Assembly: GCF_021869535.1 (NCBI RefSeq)
Contig: NW_026262637.1
Coordinates: 27,466,001 to 27,530,000, forward strand
Direction: 5' to 3'
Length of the DNA: 64,000 nucleotides
Source of the DNA: Mytilus californianus
Taxonomy: Eukaryota
Shown here: positions 37,041-48,900 of the stretch, piece by piece
Layout of the letters: the number at the start of each line of letters is the position of its first letter
Position numbering within the stretch: the first letter of the stretch is position 1
The notes under the pieces: generated by a model
What the model saw: only the letters and a program-made list of their open reading frames with translations
Told to the model about the DNA's origin: nothing
The model's database searches: none
Program-made: the position numbers and the translations under genes

Positions 37041-37104
37041 CTACAGACTTGCGGACATTTTCAGACACACCAGACGACAGGTTGCTGATGGAGTAAATAC
37101 CCAT
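37041..37104 (-). other. Candidate upstream exon of the ShKT-mucin gene (MGIYSISNLSSGVSENVRKSV-G, phase-1 donor)
   Basis: Strong donor TAG/gtaagg at 37041; the phase matches the 33502 acceptor; AT-rich TATA-like sequence ~30 nt upstream. No signal peptide is encoded. Confidence 0.3.
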
Positions 37105-37574
37105 TGATAAAGGTATGTGCTACGTTATATTTAATATAAAACGAATTATTGAGCTTCTGAAATGTTTTCTGCAATTCATAAATTGTCAGATAATTATCAA
37201 AAACAACGAGTTGAAAGCTATATTGAGGTTTCCATCGATTTTACGCGATTCGATACTATTACAATGCTATACGTTTGCATATAAATCATTGCATGCGTTG
37301 ATAGACAAATATTCACTCATAAACACAATACTAAAAAAAGGATTAAACATAATTGTTAACAGAACGTTATATATGACCTGTTATGAATGAACATATTTTT
37401 GACTCTGCGAAATTTTGAGATTTTTTTTGGATATAAGTACAGGATATAGGGTCATAAGTGTTCATGACTGTATAACAATAATTATTTTGTTACATTCTAA
37501 TTTATAAACAAAATCTAAAACAAAATCAGTACTGATAAAGAAAAAGAGTCAAAGATCCTACTACAGTGTCAACC

Positions 37575-37915
37575 ACCTAGGTGGTCTCGTGGTATTAACT
37601 CGCCTTGAGTAAGAGATGTCGTTGGTTTGATCACTGGCCAAGTGAAAATGATGGCATGATAATAAGCATTTGCTGTTCCTCCTCTCAGCACGCGGCATTA
37701 ATGAGTAAGATCAAAGGTTGGTCGGCCTGGATTCAGAATAACGTGTCAGGATAAGGTGACATGTTTACTAAGGACAGTTACATTATGAACAAGCACGTTG
37801 AAAACCTTCTAAGCGTATCAATCCATTACAATTCAGGGTTTACATTCATATCATATTAACATGTTCTTGTTATTATATGCATGTAATGATTGTCACTGGA
37901 CGTTAAACACCAATC
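37575..37915 (+). mobile_element. tRNA-head SINE (MetaSINE-like)
   Basis: Box A tggtctcgtgg, box B ggtttgatcac, core ctcagcacgcggcattaatgagtaagatcaaaggttggtcggc, tail cactggacgttaaa. Confidence 0.6.
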
Positions 37916-37972
37916 CATTATCATCATCATACTACAGTGTTAAGTTTATTTGTTAGGTTGAGCGCTCGCTAA

Positions 37973-39650
37973 AGCCCCCGTCACACTAGACCAAGACCAT
38001 GAAGATCCCACTACGATCTATAAAAAAAAAGATCGCTGTATGATCGTAGTTTGGTCGGCTTGAATAATCAATATTTCATAGTTTTCAAGTTCATTCCACG
38101 ACCTTGCTATGATCCTGCTACGATTCCGCTACGATAGTAACACGTTGTAGTTACGATCTTGTCACGCTCTTGCTACGTCTAATAAGACCTTACCACAACT
38201 TACATGACATCTGTACGTTTCTACCAAGACCTTCCCGATCGCATTGCGATCTCAATACGAGTCTACTACGACCAAACCACGACTTCACTACGTTTCCACT
38301 CTGTTGTCACTGCGCTCTAGAATATGGCTTCATCAAATAAGTTCTCAACCCAAATGCGTCGTCACCCAAGATGAAGTATGTCATGTTTGGGTCTTCATTA
38401 GGTAAGGGATCTGACTCTGGAAATCCAATAGTCGTATCTTACAAACAATCATTTAATTCTGACGCGTTGTAAATCTGGGCGTCCGACATGAATCCATATC
38501 CACCTACATCTATCCATAAAAATGTGTAGTCTGCATCCACCAAGGCAAGGAGCACTAATGAAAAAAAAAACTTTACAGTTATGAAACAATGATCCGCTTT
38601 TTGGCCCGGCTTCTAATAGCAACATGCTTTCCATCGAGTGCGCCAAAAGCGTGTGGCACGTTCCATCTTCTCTGAAATTCTTTGGCAATAGCTCGCCATT
38701 CATTTGGTTCTGTTGGATATGATATTACTTCATCTTTATATTCCTGTACACTTGCCTGGCAAACCTCAGGAGCTAAGTACCTTAAGGTAATAGCAACTTT
38801 CAGACCGGGATCTAGTGCCTTTCTGAATCAGGTGTCTATGTTCTTACTCTGTTCAAAAATTCATAAAACATTTCTGGAGGCATCCTTGAAAAAATAAAGA
38901 ATGACTGTTGATCCGCCATCCTTAATTCTTTCATAAGTCAGTCGTAATGCCCAAATTGGAGTCTTCTTTTAACAGAAAGCCAAGGGCGCACCCAACAGGA
39001 CCTACGTTGTCTAGTATGTCTTCTCCTTCTTCTTATAACAAAAAATGTGTAGCCCGATCAGCCAAATCGATACAGTGCAGCTGAATTAAAGATTGCAGAA
39101 GTAGGTTTTGCTCATGTGTGTCAATGGTTGAACTACAGGTAGAATTTATTGCATCTGTTTTTTATATCAACAGAGGTCATGCAATTATCGTGTTTGGGAC
39201 GTAGTAGTATCGTAGTAAGGTCGTACTAAGGACGGCAAGCGCCTTGTAGCAGCGTACTATTGTCTTCTTCATCGTAGTATACTCGTATCAATATCGTAGT
39301 AGAAGCGTAATAAAGACGTAGTGAAATCGAGATAGTCGCAGTGAAATCGTAGTAAGGTCGAATCCGTTGGCTTCCCGATTGCACCACGATTTTCAATACG
39401 ATGCTTCTACGCCCATTCCGATCTTACTACGTCCTTACTACGACCTTCCTACGCTTCTACTACGACTAGTTTTGACCACAACTGCACTACGAATGTTTTG
39501 AGCGTGTTCAAAGTTGGTCGTGGACCTCCACGATCATGAAGACCTTGGCACGTCCTTACCACGAGCACCACAATCTTACTACGACTTCCAAATTTTTTTT
39601 ATAATTTCTGAGGTCGTAGCGGGATCGTGGTCCTAGTGTGATGGGGGGTA
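37973..39650 (-). mobile_element. Decayed PIF/Harbinger DNA transposon
   Basis: Imperfect TIRs ccccc(g/a)tcacactag, with TAA on the left and TTA on the right. Broken transposase on - at ~38300-38900: [71 protein letters not shown]. Many subterminal ctacga/tcgtag motifs. Confidence 0.85.
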
Positions 39651-40784
39651 TTACATGTTTAAATCTGCAATATTCTGTATGTTCCTTTCCCAAGTCAGGA
39701 GCTTGTAGTTCTGTGTTTGTTGTTGGTAGCTGTCAATCATATTTGTTTTTCGTTATATTGTTTTGTACATAAATCCGTCCGTTTGGTTTTGAATTATTGT
39801 TTTACATTTTGTCATTTCGTGGCCTTTCATAGCTTAATATACGGTATAGGTTTTGCACCTCGTTGAAGGCCATACGTTGACACAAAGTTGCTTACATTTG
39901 CGTCATTAGGTCTCTGGTGGTTGGTTGTCTCATTGGCAATCATACATCATCTCCTTATTTTTATATTCATTCATTTGTGGTAACGAAATCCTTAACTTTA
40001 TACTTAACGTGTTATACAAATATTACGTTCGATAAAATCTAAAACGTAACTACAGACAAGAGCATATTATACACCGTTAGAATGAGCCACGGAACATCAC
40101 TGTGCAAGCAAGAAAAATTAGCATGATGAAACGAAAATCGACTCTTTTGTCACTTTTTGTATGGAGTTTCCCGTGTGGAACTGAAATACTTATATCTAGA
40201 AAAGGACGTTTTTTTGTATTTAGTATTAGTTTTGTTTAAAGTCAGTTCCTGTGGGTGAATTCCGCTGTATATTTAGAGAATTCTTGATTACTTTAAGCTA
40301 CAAATACCATCAAGGTAAATCTAAGTGTTATTAAATTCATCAATTAAATGGAATAAAAACGGATCTTTATTGAGTTTGACCAGAAACTGTGATTCATGAC
40401 AATACAAAAACAAGTCTGCTATTAAAATGGCATAATTGTTGCCCATAGGAAAACACAGAACCTGTCGATAAACTATATTGCCTGAACATAAATAGTTTTA
40501 GTCAAGCTGAAAAATTTACTACTTAAGTCATCTCATCAAAGTTTCGCTAAGTATATCTTGGATATTTATCTGTATTTCATTACAGAAGAAAGCTTAATAT
40601 GAGTTGCATCAAATAAAAACGCAATTAGATTTTTTAAAAGTATTATTTAATTTAAATAAGAAAACTCGAAAGTTTACAAAAAAAACATAATCTTGGATAA
40701 ATGATCCTCACCACACTCCATAATTCTGAAGTCAATCTCGCCCTTTATATCGACGTAGTCTACTGCTAATGGTGTTCTTAGATG

Positions 40785-41185
40785 TAGATATAAGAAGATG
40801 TGGTATGAGTGCCAATGAGACAACTCTCCATCCAAGTCACAATTTGTAAAAGTAAACCATTATTGGTCAAAGTACGGTCTTCAACACGTAGCCTTGGCTC
40901 ACACCGAACATCAAGCTATAAAAGGCCCCAAAAATGACTAGTGTAAAACCATTCAAACGGGAAAACCAACAGTCTAATCTACATAAAAAACGAGAAGCGA
41001 GAAACACTTATGAACCACATCAACAAACAACAACTACTGAACATCAGATTCCTATCTTAGGACAGCTGCAAACAAATGCAGCGGGTTTAAACGTTTTAAT
41101 AGGTACCAACCTTCACCCTTATCTGAAACAATAGTGTAACATCACAACATAGAAAGACACACTATGAAATATCAATTGAAATGGC
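40785..41185 (+). repeat. Near full-length family-B interspersed repeat
   Basis: gatgtggtatgagtgccaatgagacaactctcc…ggaaaaccaacagtc…aaatatcaattgaaatggcttaact; reverse match to 35350-35760. Confidence 0.75.
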
Positions 41186-41395
41186 TTAACTGTGTATGAA
41201 ATATCCTTATCATAAAAATGAACATTTTACTAACTTTTAAGGACAACCAATTAGCAAAATGTGTGCCTTTTACATTTTGTTTCACATCTCTTTAAAGTTA
41301 TTTTGCAAAAACTGGACAAGAACAAAACGTAGACATCAAGCACACGAAGTTATTTGTTTATTATTTTACAAATCTATTTCAGAATAGAACCCAGG

Positions 41396-44300
41396 ATGTT
41401 CAGCATGGGGACAGGAGAAAATCATACAACAATGGCATGGGACAATATATCACATATTGAAAACAGAACCGTCATCTTCAGAAATTGGACAAACCCTGTG
41501 ATTGGCTGTTCCACCTGGACATCACCCAATCATTTTCTTTTTCAGCTAGCAAACTGTGTTCTATTAATAGCTCTGTTTGCCCCAGATGGAAAGAAAGGAA
41601 TACTCTTCATGCATGGATTCTTTGTTTTGGGTAATATCCCCATCGTTATCTTCTTTAATTCGACTACCAAAATATTACTCGCTAACAGTTCCTTTTTAAA
41701 TTTAAAAAATTCATTACATTCATTTTAATAGTATGCTTATAGTATGTGTTTTGTGTACTGTTGTTTGTATTTTATTTTTTTATTCTTTTTTGCCATGGCG
41801 TTGTCGGTTTATTTTCGACTTACGAGTTTGAATGTCCCATTGGTATCTTTCGCCTCTCTTTTACAGTATATCGTCAATTAATGTTATGCAATAGCAAAGC
41901 AAGAAATACACATTTGATGAAATTTTCTTCAAGGATTTATTACTCTGTTACAGTTTTTTTTTAAAGTTTATGGCAAAATGTCCAAATCCAACCCTGAAAT
42001 TATTATTGTATGCAGAGAAAATATCAGAAGTGTTTTTACATGTTCATACTGTGTATTCAATTCATATATCTTTTACAGGATTTTTACTGTTATCGGTATG
42101 GTCATGGGTTGTACTTTGTGCTCCTGATTTCTTTTCCTGGAATTTTTCTTTTATGGTCCTAAATGCAATTCAGACATTATTCCTGATGTACCACATCAGA
42201 CCAGTGAAGTTTTGTGATGAATTAGAACAAGTTTATGTGGCTCTCTTTCAACCCATGAAAATACCAAGGTATGTATAGAATAAACTGTTGATCTGTATAA
42301 AATAGAAGACGATGTCCGATTTAATCTTCTTTGCGATAAATGTTTGAAAAACATATAAATTGTTCGAAAGTGATATGATATAAAAATAAGGAGATGTGGT
42401 ATGATTGCCAATGAGACAACTATCCACCAAAGTTCAAATGAAGTGGATGTTAGTAATTATAGGCAACCGTACGGCCTTCAACAATGAGAAAAACCCATAC
42501 CGTATAATCGGCTTTAAAAGGCCCCGTCATGAAAAATATGAAACAATTCAAATGAGAAAAGTAACGGCCTAATTTAGAACAAACAATTTACGAAAAGAAA
42601 ATATGAAAGACATGAACTAACGAAAACCACTTAACTACAGGCTCCGGACTTGGGACAGGCACATAAAGCATATGGTGGGTTGCTCATCATATGATCGGGA
42701 TCGCGTTAAAGTAGAATATTGGAACAATACTCTGAATTTTTGTTTTGAAATGAAAGTTATTTTTATCGGTCTCCCCTTCACCTGTATATTCCTGCTCTGT
42801 TCCGATATCAATGTTTGTCCTGACCTTAATAACTAAGACCTTGAAAAATCACCTACGTCATAATGTTTGACTTCCAGTTAGCTTATAAAACTATTGTTTC
42901 GAATTATACAATCTGGTGAATCGTATATCAGGTTGTCCTTAGGTATATTTGCAAGATATCTATTCGACAGTATATGAAGAGCTACCATTGTGGTCATAAG
43001 GGTGATCGCACTTACACCTTAACCCCTAAAAGAGAAAGCCCGACAATCCAGGAACGGTTCCCGAGTATTAACACTCATAAAAGTTACACCTTTGAGATAA
43101 CTAGGCATACGCCAAGATAGGTATATTTTCATTTTGGGACTATCATCCCCTACGGAATACACAGTATACACTTAATATTTCATTTTTTTATTTGTTAAAC
43201 ATTTAGTGAGGCCTCAATTGGATATTAGCCAATACAAAAATCTTATAATCGGTGTACCATGTATTAATGGTTTACTAACGTAAAACCCAGATTAACATGT
43301 TAGTCTGGGCGAACGTAGTTTATTATTCATTAGTTGAAATTAGGCCTTAAATTAGCTTATAGTAACTGCGAGTACTCTTAGATCGGTTGTCCTTGATTGT
43401 TTTGTGTGTAGTTTTTATTTTTTTTTTTTTTTTTGTATTTAGTACCGAACTGATGAGTCAAGCCCTTTGCAATTGATTTTTACAGTTTTTATTCCACCAC
43501 ATTCTGTGTGTGCCTATACTAAGCTCTCAGTGCGATGAAGAACATGGAGAACGAATTGTCGATGAGGACCTTAAGTTATCTGTGGTAATATTGAAGTTCT
43601 AACTTCTACAAATACACCCTTGTTCTCAAGTGGAGTCAAACAATTTCAAGGTCGAATACTTTTTCAGATGATACTAACTGAACTATTGTTAACTTGTTTT
43701 TGCGAATAATATGAATGTAATATCTGCCACTAGGCATTGAATGACTAATAATCAATTAACTCATGTTTCAGACATTTGTTCAAGAAACTGGTTTCTACGG
43801 ATTATTGTACTCTGACATCGCTCCATGAAGGTGAGGCTTATGCTACACAAGGGATTAGTAAGACGGACAGACTTGGTCTTTTGATGTCTGGAAAGTAAGT
43901 TGTCATTAAAGAAGTGAAATGTCTTAGTCCGCATTAATTTGATAAATCTACTACAAGAATTAAACTTTACATTGCATATTCACTTTGAATTAGAGATGAC
44001 TTAAAATTTTACATTAGTGTTATGTCAAGCCTTCATTTGAGGTATTTTAAACTTTAAAAAATGATTCAAGCATACCTGGACTTCAAACTTTCAGTATTTG
44101 GTGTTCTTAAAATATTATATATATTATTTCAGCAAAAGGCTTTGTCAAATTAAATTTTGTGTCGGTGTTTTTTTTTATTACTACATGTACTACTAAGCAC
44201 TTTAGTATACTTAAATATATAAATATATAAATATATAAAAGCTATTTATCCGTACGCACTTCGGTTTTAATTATTATATGAGAGTTTATCTATTACTTAC

Positions 44301-47300
44301 CAGAGGTTGGTCATTTACCTGTAGGCACTGCTGTTGCTTTAGTTATAAAATAAAGTTTGTTTGTTAATGTTAAAAGGTTGGTAATTTACCAGTTAATGTT
44401 GTAGTTTCCATGATTTTGTATGTTTGTCTTTTACTGACCGAAGGTACACTGCCTTCCTGAAGACATCCCAGTTTTCTTGCTACCGTAACAAAGCTTGTTG
44501 CTACTGACTAAAGGTTCATAGCATTTAAGTCTACTCCACGTCCATTTTTATTCATAACAAGTCACAGTGTCATGTTTCATTTTTTTGTTTACAGAATGAA
44601 TGTTTACAGTCATAACAACCTCCTTCACCAAATACACGAAAAGGAATTTATTGACTCACCTGAATTTGAATCTGGTGTTGGTGGCGACGAGAAATACCAG
44701 GTAATAATCAAGTCATTTAATAATACTATTAACTAAAAGAAAGATATGGTTAACAATATGATAAATTCCAAGTTATCCAAACGAGGATAAAAGTTACAGT
44801 TGTGTATGTTACACTTTGTTGATAATCGATAGTAGGTTTCAATAGTTTTGAGACAAGGTTTAGGTTTAGTCAAACAAAATAATACCAACGAAATAATAAA
44901 AAACGATAAGGGAAAGAATGTCAGAAACACCATGACCAAAAGTAAAGATAAAATGGTAAACACAGCAAATAGTCTGACAGTTAAACAAGAGAGGCAAAAG
45001 ATACCAAACGGACATTCAAACTCATAAGTCGAAAATAAACTGACAACATCATGACAAAAAAAGAAAAAAGACAAACAACAGCACACAAAACACAACATAG
45101 AAACTAAAGACTAAGCAACACGAACCCGCACAAAACCGGGATAATCTCAGTTGCTCCAGAAGGGTAAACCAATTCTGCCCCACGTTTGGCACCCGTCGTG
45201 TTAGATAAATCTCCAATGGCGCGGAATAGGTCTGTAGTCATCTATTTCATAGTCGTTCCATACAGACATGTCTCGCACAGTAGGTAACCTATAATAGTCC
45301 GCAGATACACATACATATTCGTAGGACATATATTAGCCGTCTAGCGTTTTTCCCAGTCAATTTGTATTTTGTTATATTTTTACACTTCACACAGAATAAC
45401 ATTTCATAAAAATATGACCACAGAAATTCAACATCAACAATATCCTTTTATATATATATATATATATATATTGGAAACCTTGCACAGTAAGATTATATGA
45501 TTGAATGCAATGTTTCGCTTTGTAGGTATCAATCTTTGCCGGATCTATGTGTCGATATATATTTTGGTCAAGACACAGTTTGGAATATTTGTTGATAAAG
45601 GAATCTTACCTTGCTAACGTATTCAACATTATATTAGGTCGAGATATCACCAACAAACTGTATGCTTTAAATGAAAAGGTAACAGTGGCTTTTAGCTATA
45701 CTTACACGATTTTGAAAATTTTTCGAAGGTTATACAAATGCTTTGTGTTTGCGTTTATTTCTTAAAATGTCTTAATTATTGAAATTACAACAAAAGGCAA
45801 GTTTGGTTCCCTCGAAACAAATGAAAATATAATCGTAGCATGCGTTACATGTTTTTGTATTTAGATTTGAAAAGATATGTTATTTGGAACAAAGACATAG
45901 ATATTGCAAGCGTAAAACTGGTCTTGTCAGTTGTGTTTTATGCTTGGAATAAAAGTTCATCAGCAGTGGAACAAAAGAGTAAAGGATACACTGAACGTTG
46001 TTTACTTGACACATTTTTTGTATCGAATTTCATTAGATATTTATTTTAATGTCAATACTTGAAACAAATCTAAAACAAAACATTACTGAAATATTCCTTA
46101 AACAAAAGCTCTGTCAATATTAAAATATCGAGATAAATTTAAGCCATTGTTTAGAAAAGAGTATCAAAAGTTGTTCTACAATTCTGTAGGTAGCATTAAG
46201 AAAAGGATCACGAGTTGACATCAGACTACCAAGTGTTTCATCTTCTCTAAAAGCGATACAGGATTTACGTAAAACAGTAGCTGGTGTTGGAGATGAAAGT
46301 CCGTCTCACACTCCACATACTATCATTGATGATACAGGAGATGATGACGTGTATATAGATGGTACGTGTTCATTAATACAAAAAATGATAGTTGTCTAAA
46401 CCTATTAATAGAATTTTCATGAGCTTTTTAGGTATTTTTTTTGTTATATAGCCCTTCAACTGTTTCGGTTCTTACACATATTCGGCTTTCAAATATTCGG
46501 TTTTGATAGTTATCAAAGGTACCAGGCTTATAATTTGATACGTCAGACGCGCGTTTCGTCTACAAAAGACTCATCAGTGACGTCAGATCAAAATTAGAAC
46601 GTTCCTGATGAAGGTAAATCCAGAAAAGCGTTTCGGACGCATGAAATTATTTAACGTGTTGTTTTCATTTTTTTTTCAACACAAATTGATTAAAATTGTT
46701 AATTATAGATTCTTGATTTTTCAAGACTATCATAAGTTTTTTTACAATACGAGAACACGATTTCCTGTGGAAAGTTTTTGATTTATTAACTACAGTGACT
46801 TTTCAAATATTTTTGACATGAATATTAAGGTTTAAAAACTGTAAACATGAGATAACATAAATGATAAGTGTATGAATATTGTCTCCAGCTTCTTTTTTTA
46901 TTTTGTGCTCTTAAATTTGTAATAAATATTTGGCCAAAAATACATTCAGTGACATGAGAACCCCGGCAAATGAAGGGTAAGTAATGTAGTGATCCCTAAC
47001 TATAAACATTTAGTTTATATATTATTATTCAAAAATACCACTGAAAAACAATGTTTGATTGGATGCGGTTTTATATAAAACATTGATTCAACCTTAATCA
47101 AAATTTGACACAAAATTGAAATGAAGTAAATATTTCAGTCATTACTAGAACAACGGATTGGACATTAGACCTTGTCATGTTACTAGAACAAAAACTGAAC
47201 CGTTTAAGATAAGTTTTGACATATTTCTGCATTTTGCATATGACATGTTTAATTTACAGTTTAAAGTGTAACGTCAACTTATCGAAGGAAAGATATACGA

Positions 47301-47901
47301 ATACTTCTATATTGATTATTCTTTATCTTTTTCTCTTTGATAAGATGCAACTGGTATTTGCACTCCTGTACTGACACGAACAATCTTTGATGCGCTCAGT
47401 TTCTGTAAAATTTATTGTTCATAAAATGTTGAAATCATTTGTAAAACGGAGGGTTTTCTACCCTCATGTACTCAGGAGACTATTTTCTAGGAACAAAAAG
47501 ACCGGCCCTGACGGAGACAATTTGTTGTGCGTTTGCTTTACGTCATAATTCTATCTGTTTCTAGTATATTTTTTTATAGGTTGCGCTGCAAAAAAATAAG
47601 ATTTGAATAATTTTTTCCTGATTGCAAAACTATGCCTATTATTTTTCTCAATTGCTGTTTTCAAAGACTCTTTTATAAATAATTTTATCTCTTACATCAT
47701 AATTCAAAATTTCACATAATGATTATATTTTTAGAGAGTGTTGAAGACCAGGAAAAAGAAGGGCTACTGAACGGCCATCTAAGACAACCCTATTTTCGTG
47801 GTCCAAGTCTATCAACTTGTAGTGAATTTTCTCGTGGAGAGTCACCAAGATGTTCCATTAACTCTCATTCCAGCAATTCTGGGATTCATATTAAAATGTG
47901 A
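41396..47901 (+). CDS. BVES: Popeye domain-containing protein (BVES/POPDC family), 381 aa, 7 coding exons
   Basis: Exons 41396-41630, 42079-42268, 43772-43894, 44595-44700, 45526-45678, 46190-46361, 47735-47901; all GT-AG, phase-consistent, 1146 nt. N-terminal N-glycosylation sites, three TM segments, RPVKF, FIDSPEF, YQVS and GRDITNKLYALNE match human BVES motifs (RPVKI, FIDSPEF, FQVT, GKDITNKLYSLND). Orthology to a specific paralogue is untested. Confidence 0.93.
46540..46583 (-). ncRNA. Minimal type I hammerhead ribozyme with an intact core
   Basis: Minus strand: ACGUCA-CUGAUGA-GUCU(UUUGU)AGAC-GAAA-CGCGCG-UC|UGACGU. Stem I 6 bp, stem II 4 bp, palindromic stem III, GUC cleavage triplet. Confidence 0.8.
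46598..46640 (+). ncRNA. Second, hammerhead-like motif with atypical stem II (related copy at 34848-34888)
   Basis: cgttc-CTGATGA-aggtaaatcca-GAAA-agcgtt-TC-ggacg; stem I can pair with a G-U wobble. The 34848 copy has ATAA instead of GAAA. Confidence 0.45.
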
Positions 47902-48099
47902 CTGCAAAAACTTACCGTTGGATGTTGTCATTTTATTCGTTAGATACTGTGAGTTAATTTCATAACTTGAGTAAATGGAAAGATATAGTTCCTCAAGTCA
48001 GCAGACTGTTTGTACGTGCACTCATATGTCAGGGTAACATTTGCAAATCTAACATTGTTGGACTACATTTGAGACGAAGTATTTATAATGTATACGATG

Positions 48100-48900
48100 T
48101 ATACGCTATAATTTATTGTTGTGGGATACCATACGGCATATTTTGTTAATAGTGAACAAAAAAATAAAACATGCTACACAGAAGAACAAGTGATCAGTAT
48201 GCCGGAGTTTCTTATTGACAACATATTTGTTGAAATTGGAGGTAGACTTTTTCAGCAAATTGTATGCATTCCTATGGGTACAAAGTGTGCGCCTCTCCTT
48301 GCCGACCTCTTCTTATTTTCATATGATCGGAGTTCCTTCAGACACTTATCAAAAACAAGAAGATCAAACAAGCCAGAACATTCAGATATATTGATGATGT
48401 TCTTTACATTTACAATCCAAACTTTTCTGATTCGGTTCCATTAATATATCCTCCAGGACTAGAAATTAAAAAAAAAAAACAGACACGGCTTCCTCCGCCT
48501 AATTTTTAGACTTATACCTCGAATTTAACATAAGTGGTCATCTCAGTACCAGAATCTTTGACAAACGAGACGGTTTTAATTTTGAAATTATAAATTACCC
48601 CACCTTAGCAACAATATTCCAACTTCGCCTGCATATGGGATATACATTTCCCAACTCATTCGGTATTCAAAAGCTTGTAGCTGCTACTCAAACTTTATAA
48701 AAAGTCACCAGTGTCTGAGCAGAAAGTTGATGAACCAGTGTTATGTCAAAGAACGTCTCGTCCATTTTTCTAAAAAAAAGTTCATTGGAAGATACCAAGG
48801 CCTTGTTGATAAATATTCGTTATCATCTTCACAAATAATACATGATGGTCTTGAAGTATGGATTTTAGGTACTGACGTTGTTTATCATCTTAATTACGTG
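48100..48900 (+). mobile_element. Degenerate Naiad-type Penelope-like RT fragment (3' half)
   Basis: GYHTAYFV…EFLIDNIFV…PMGTKCAPLLADLFL, DKRDGFNF, YGIYISQLIRY; frameshifted. Confidence 0.85.
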
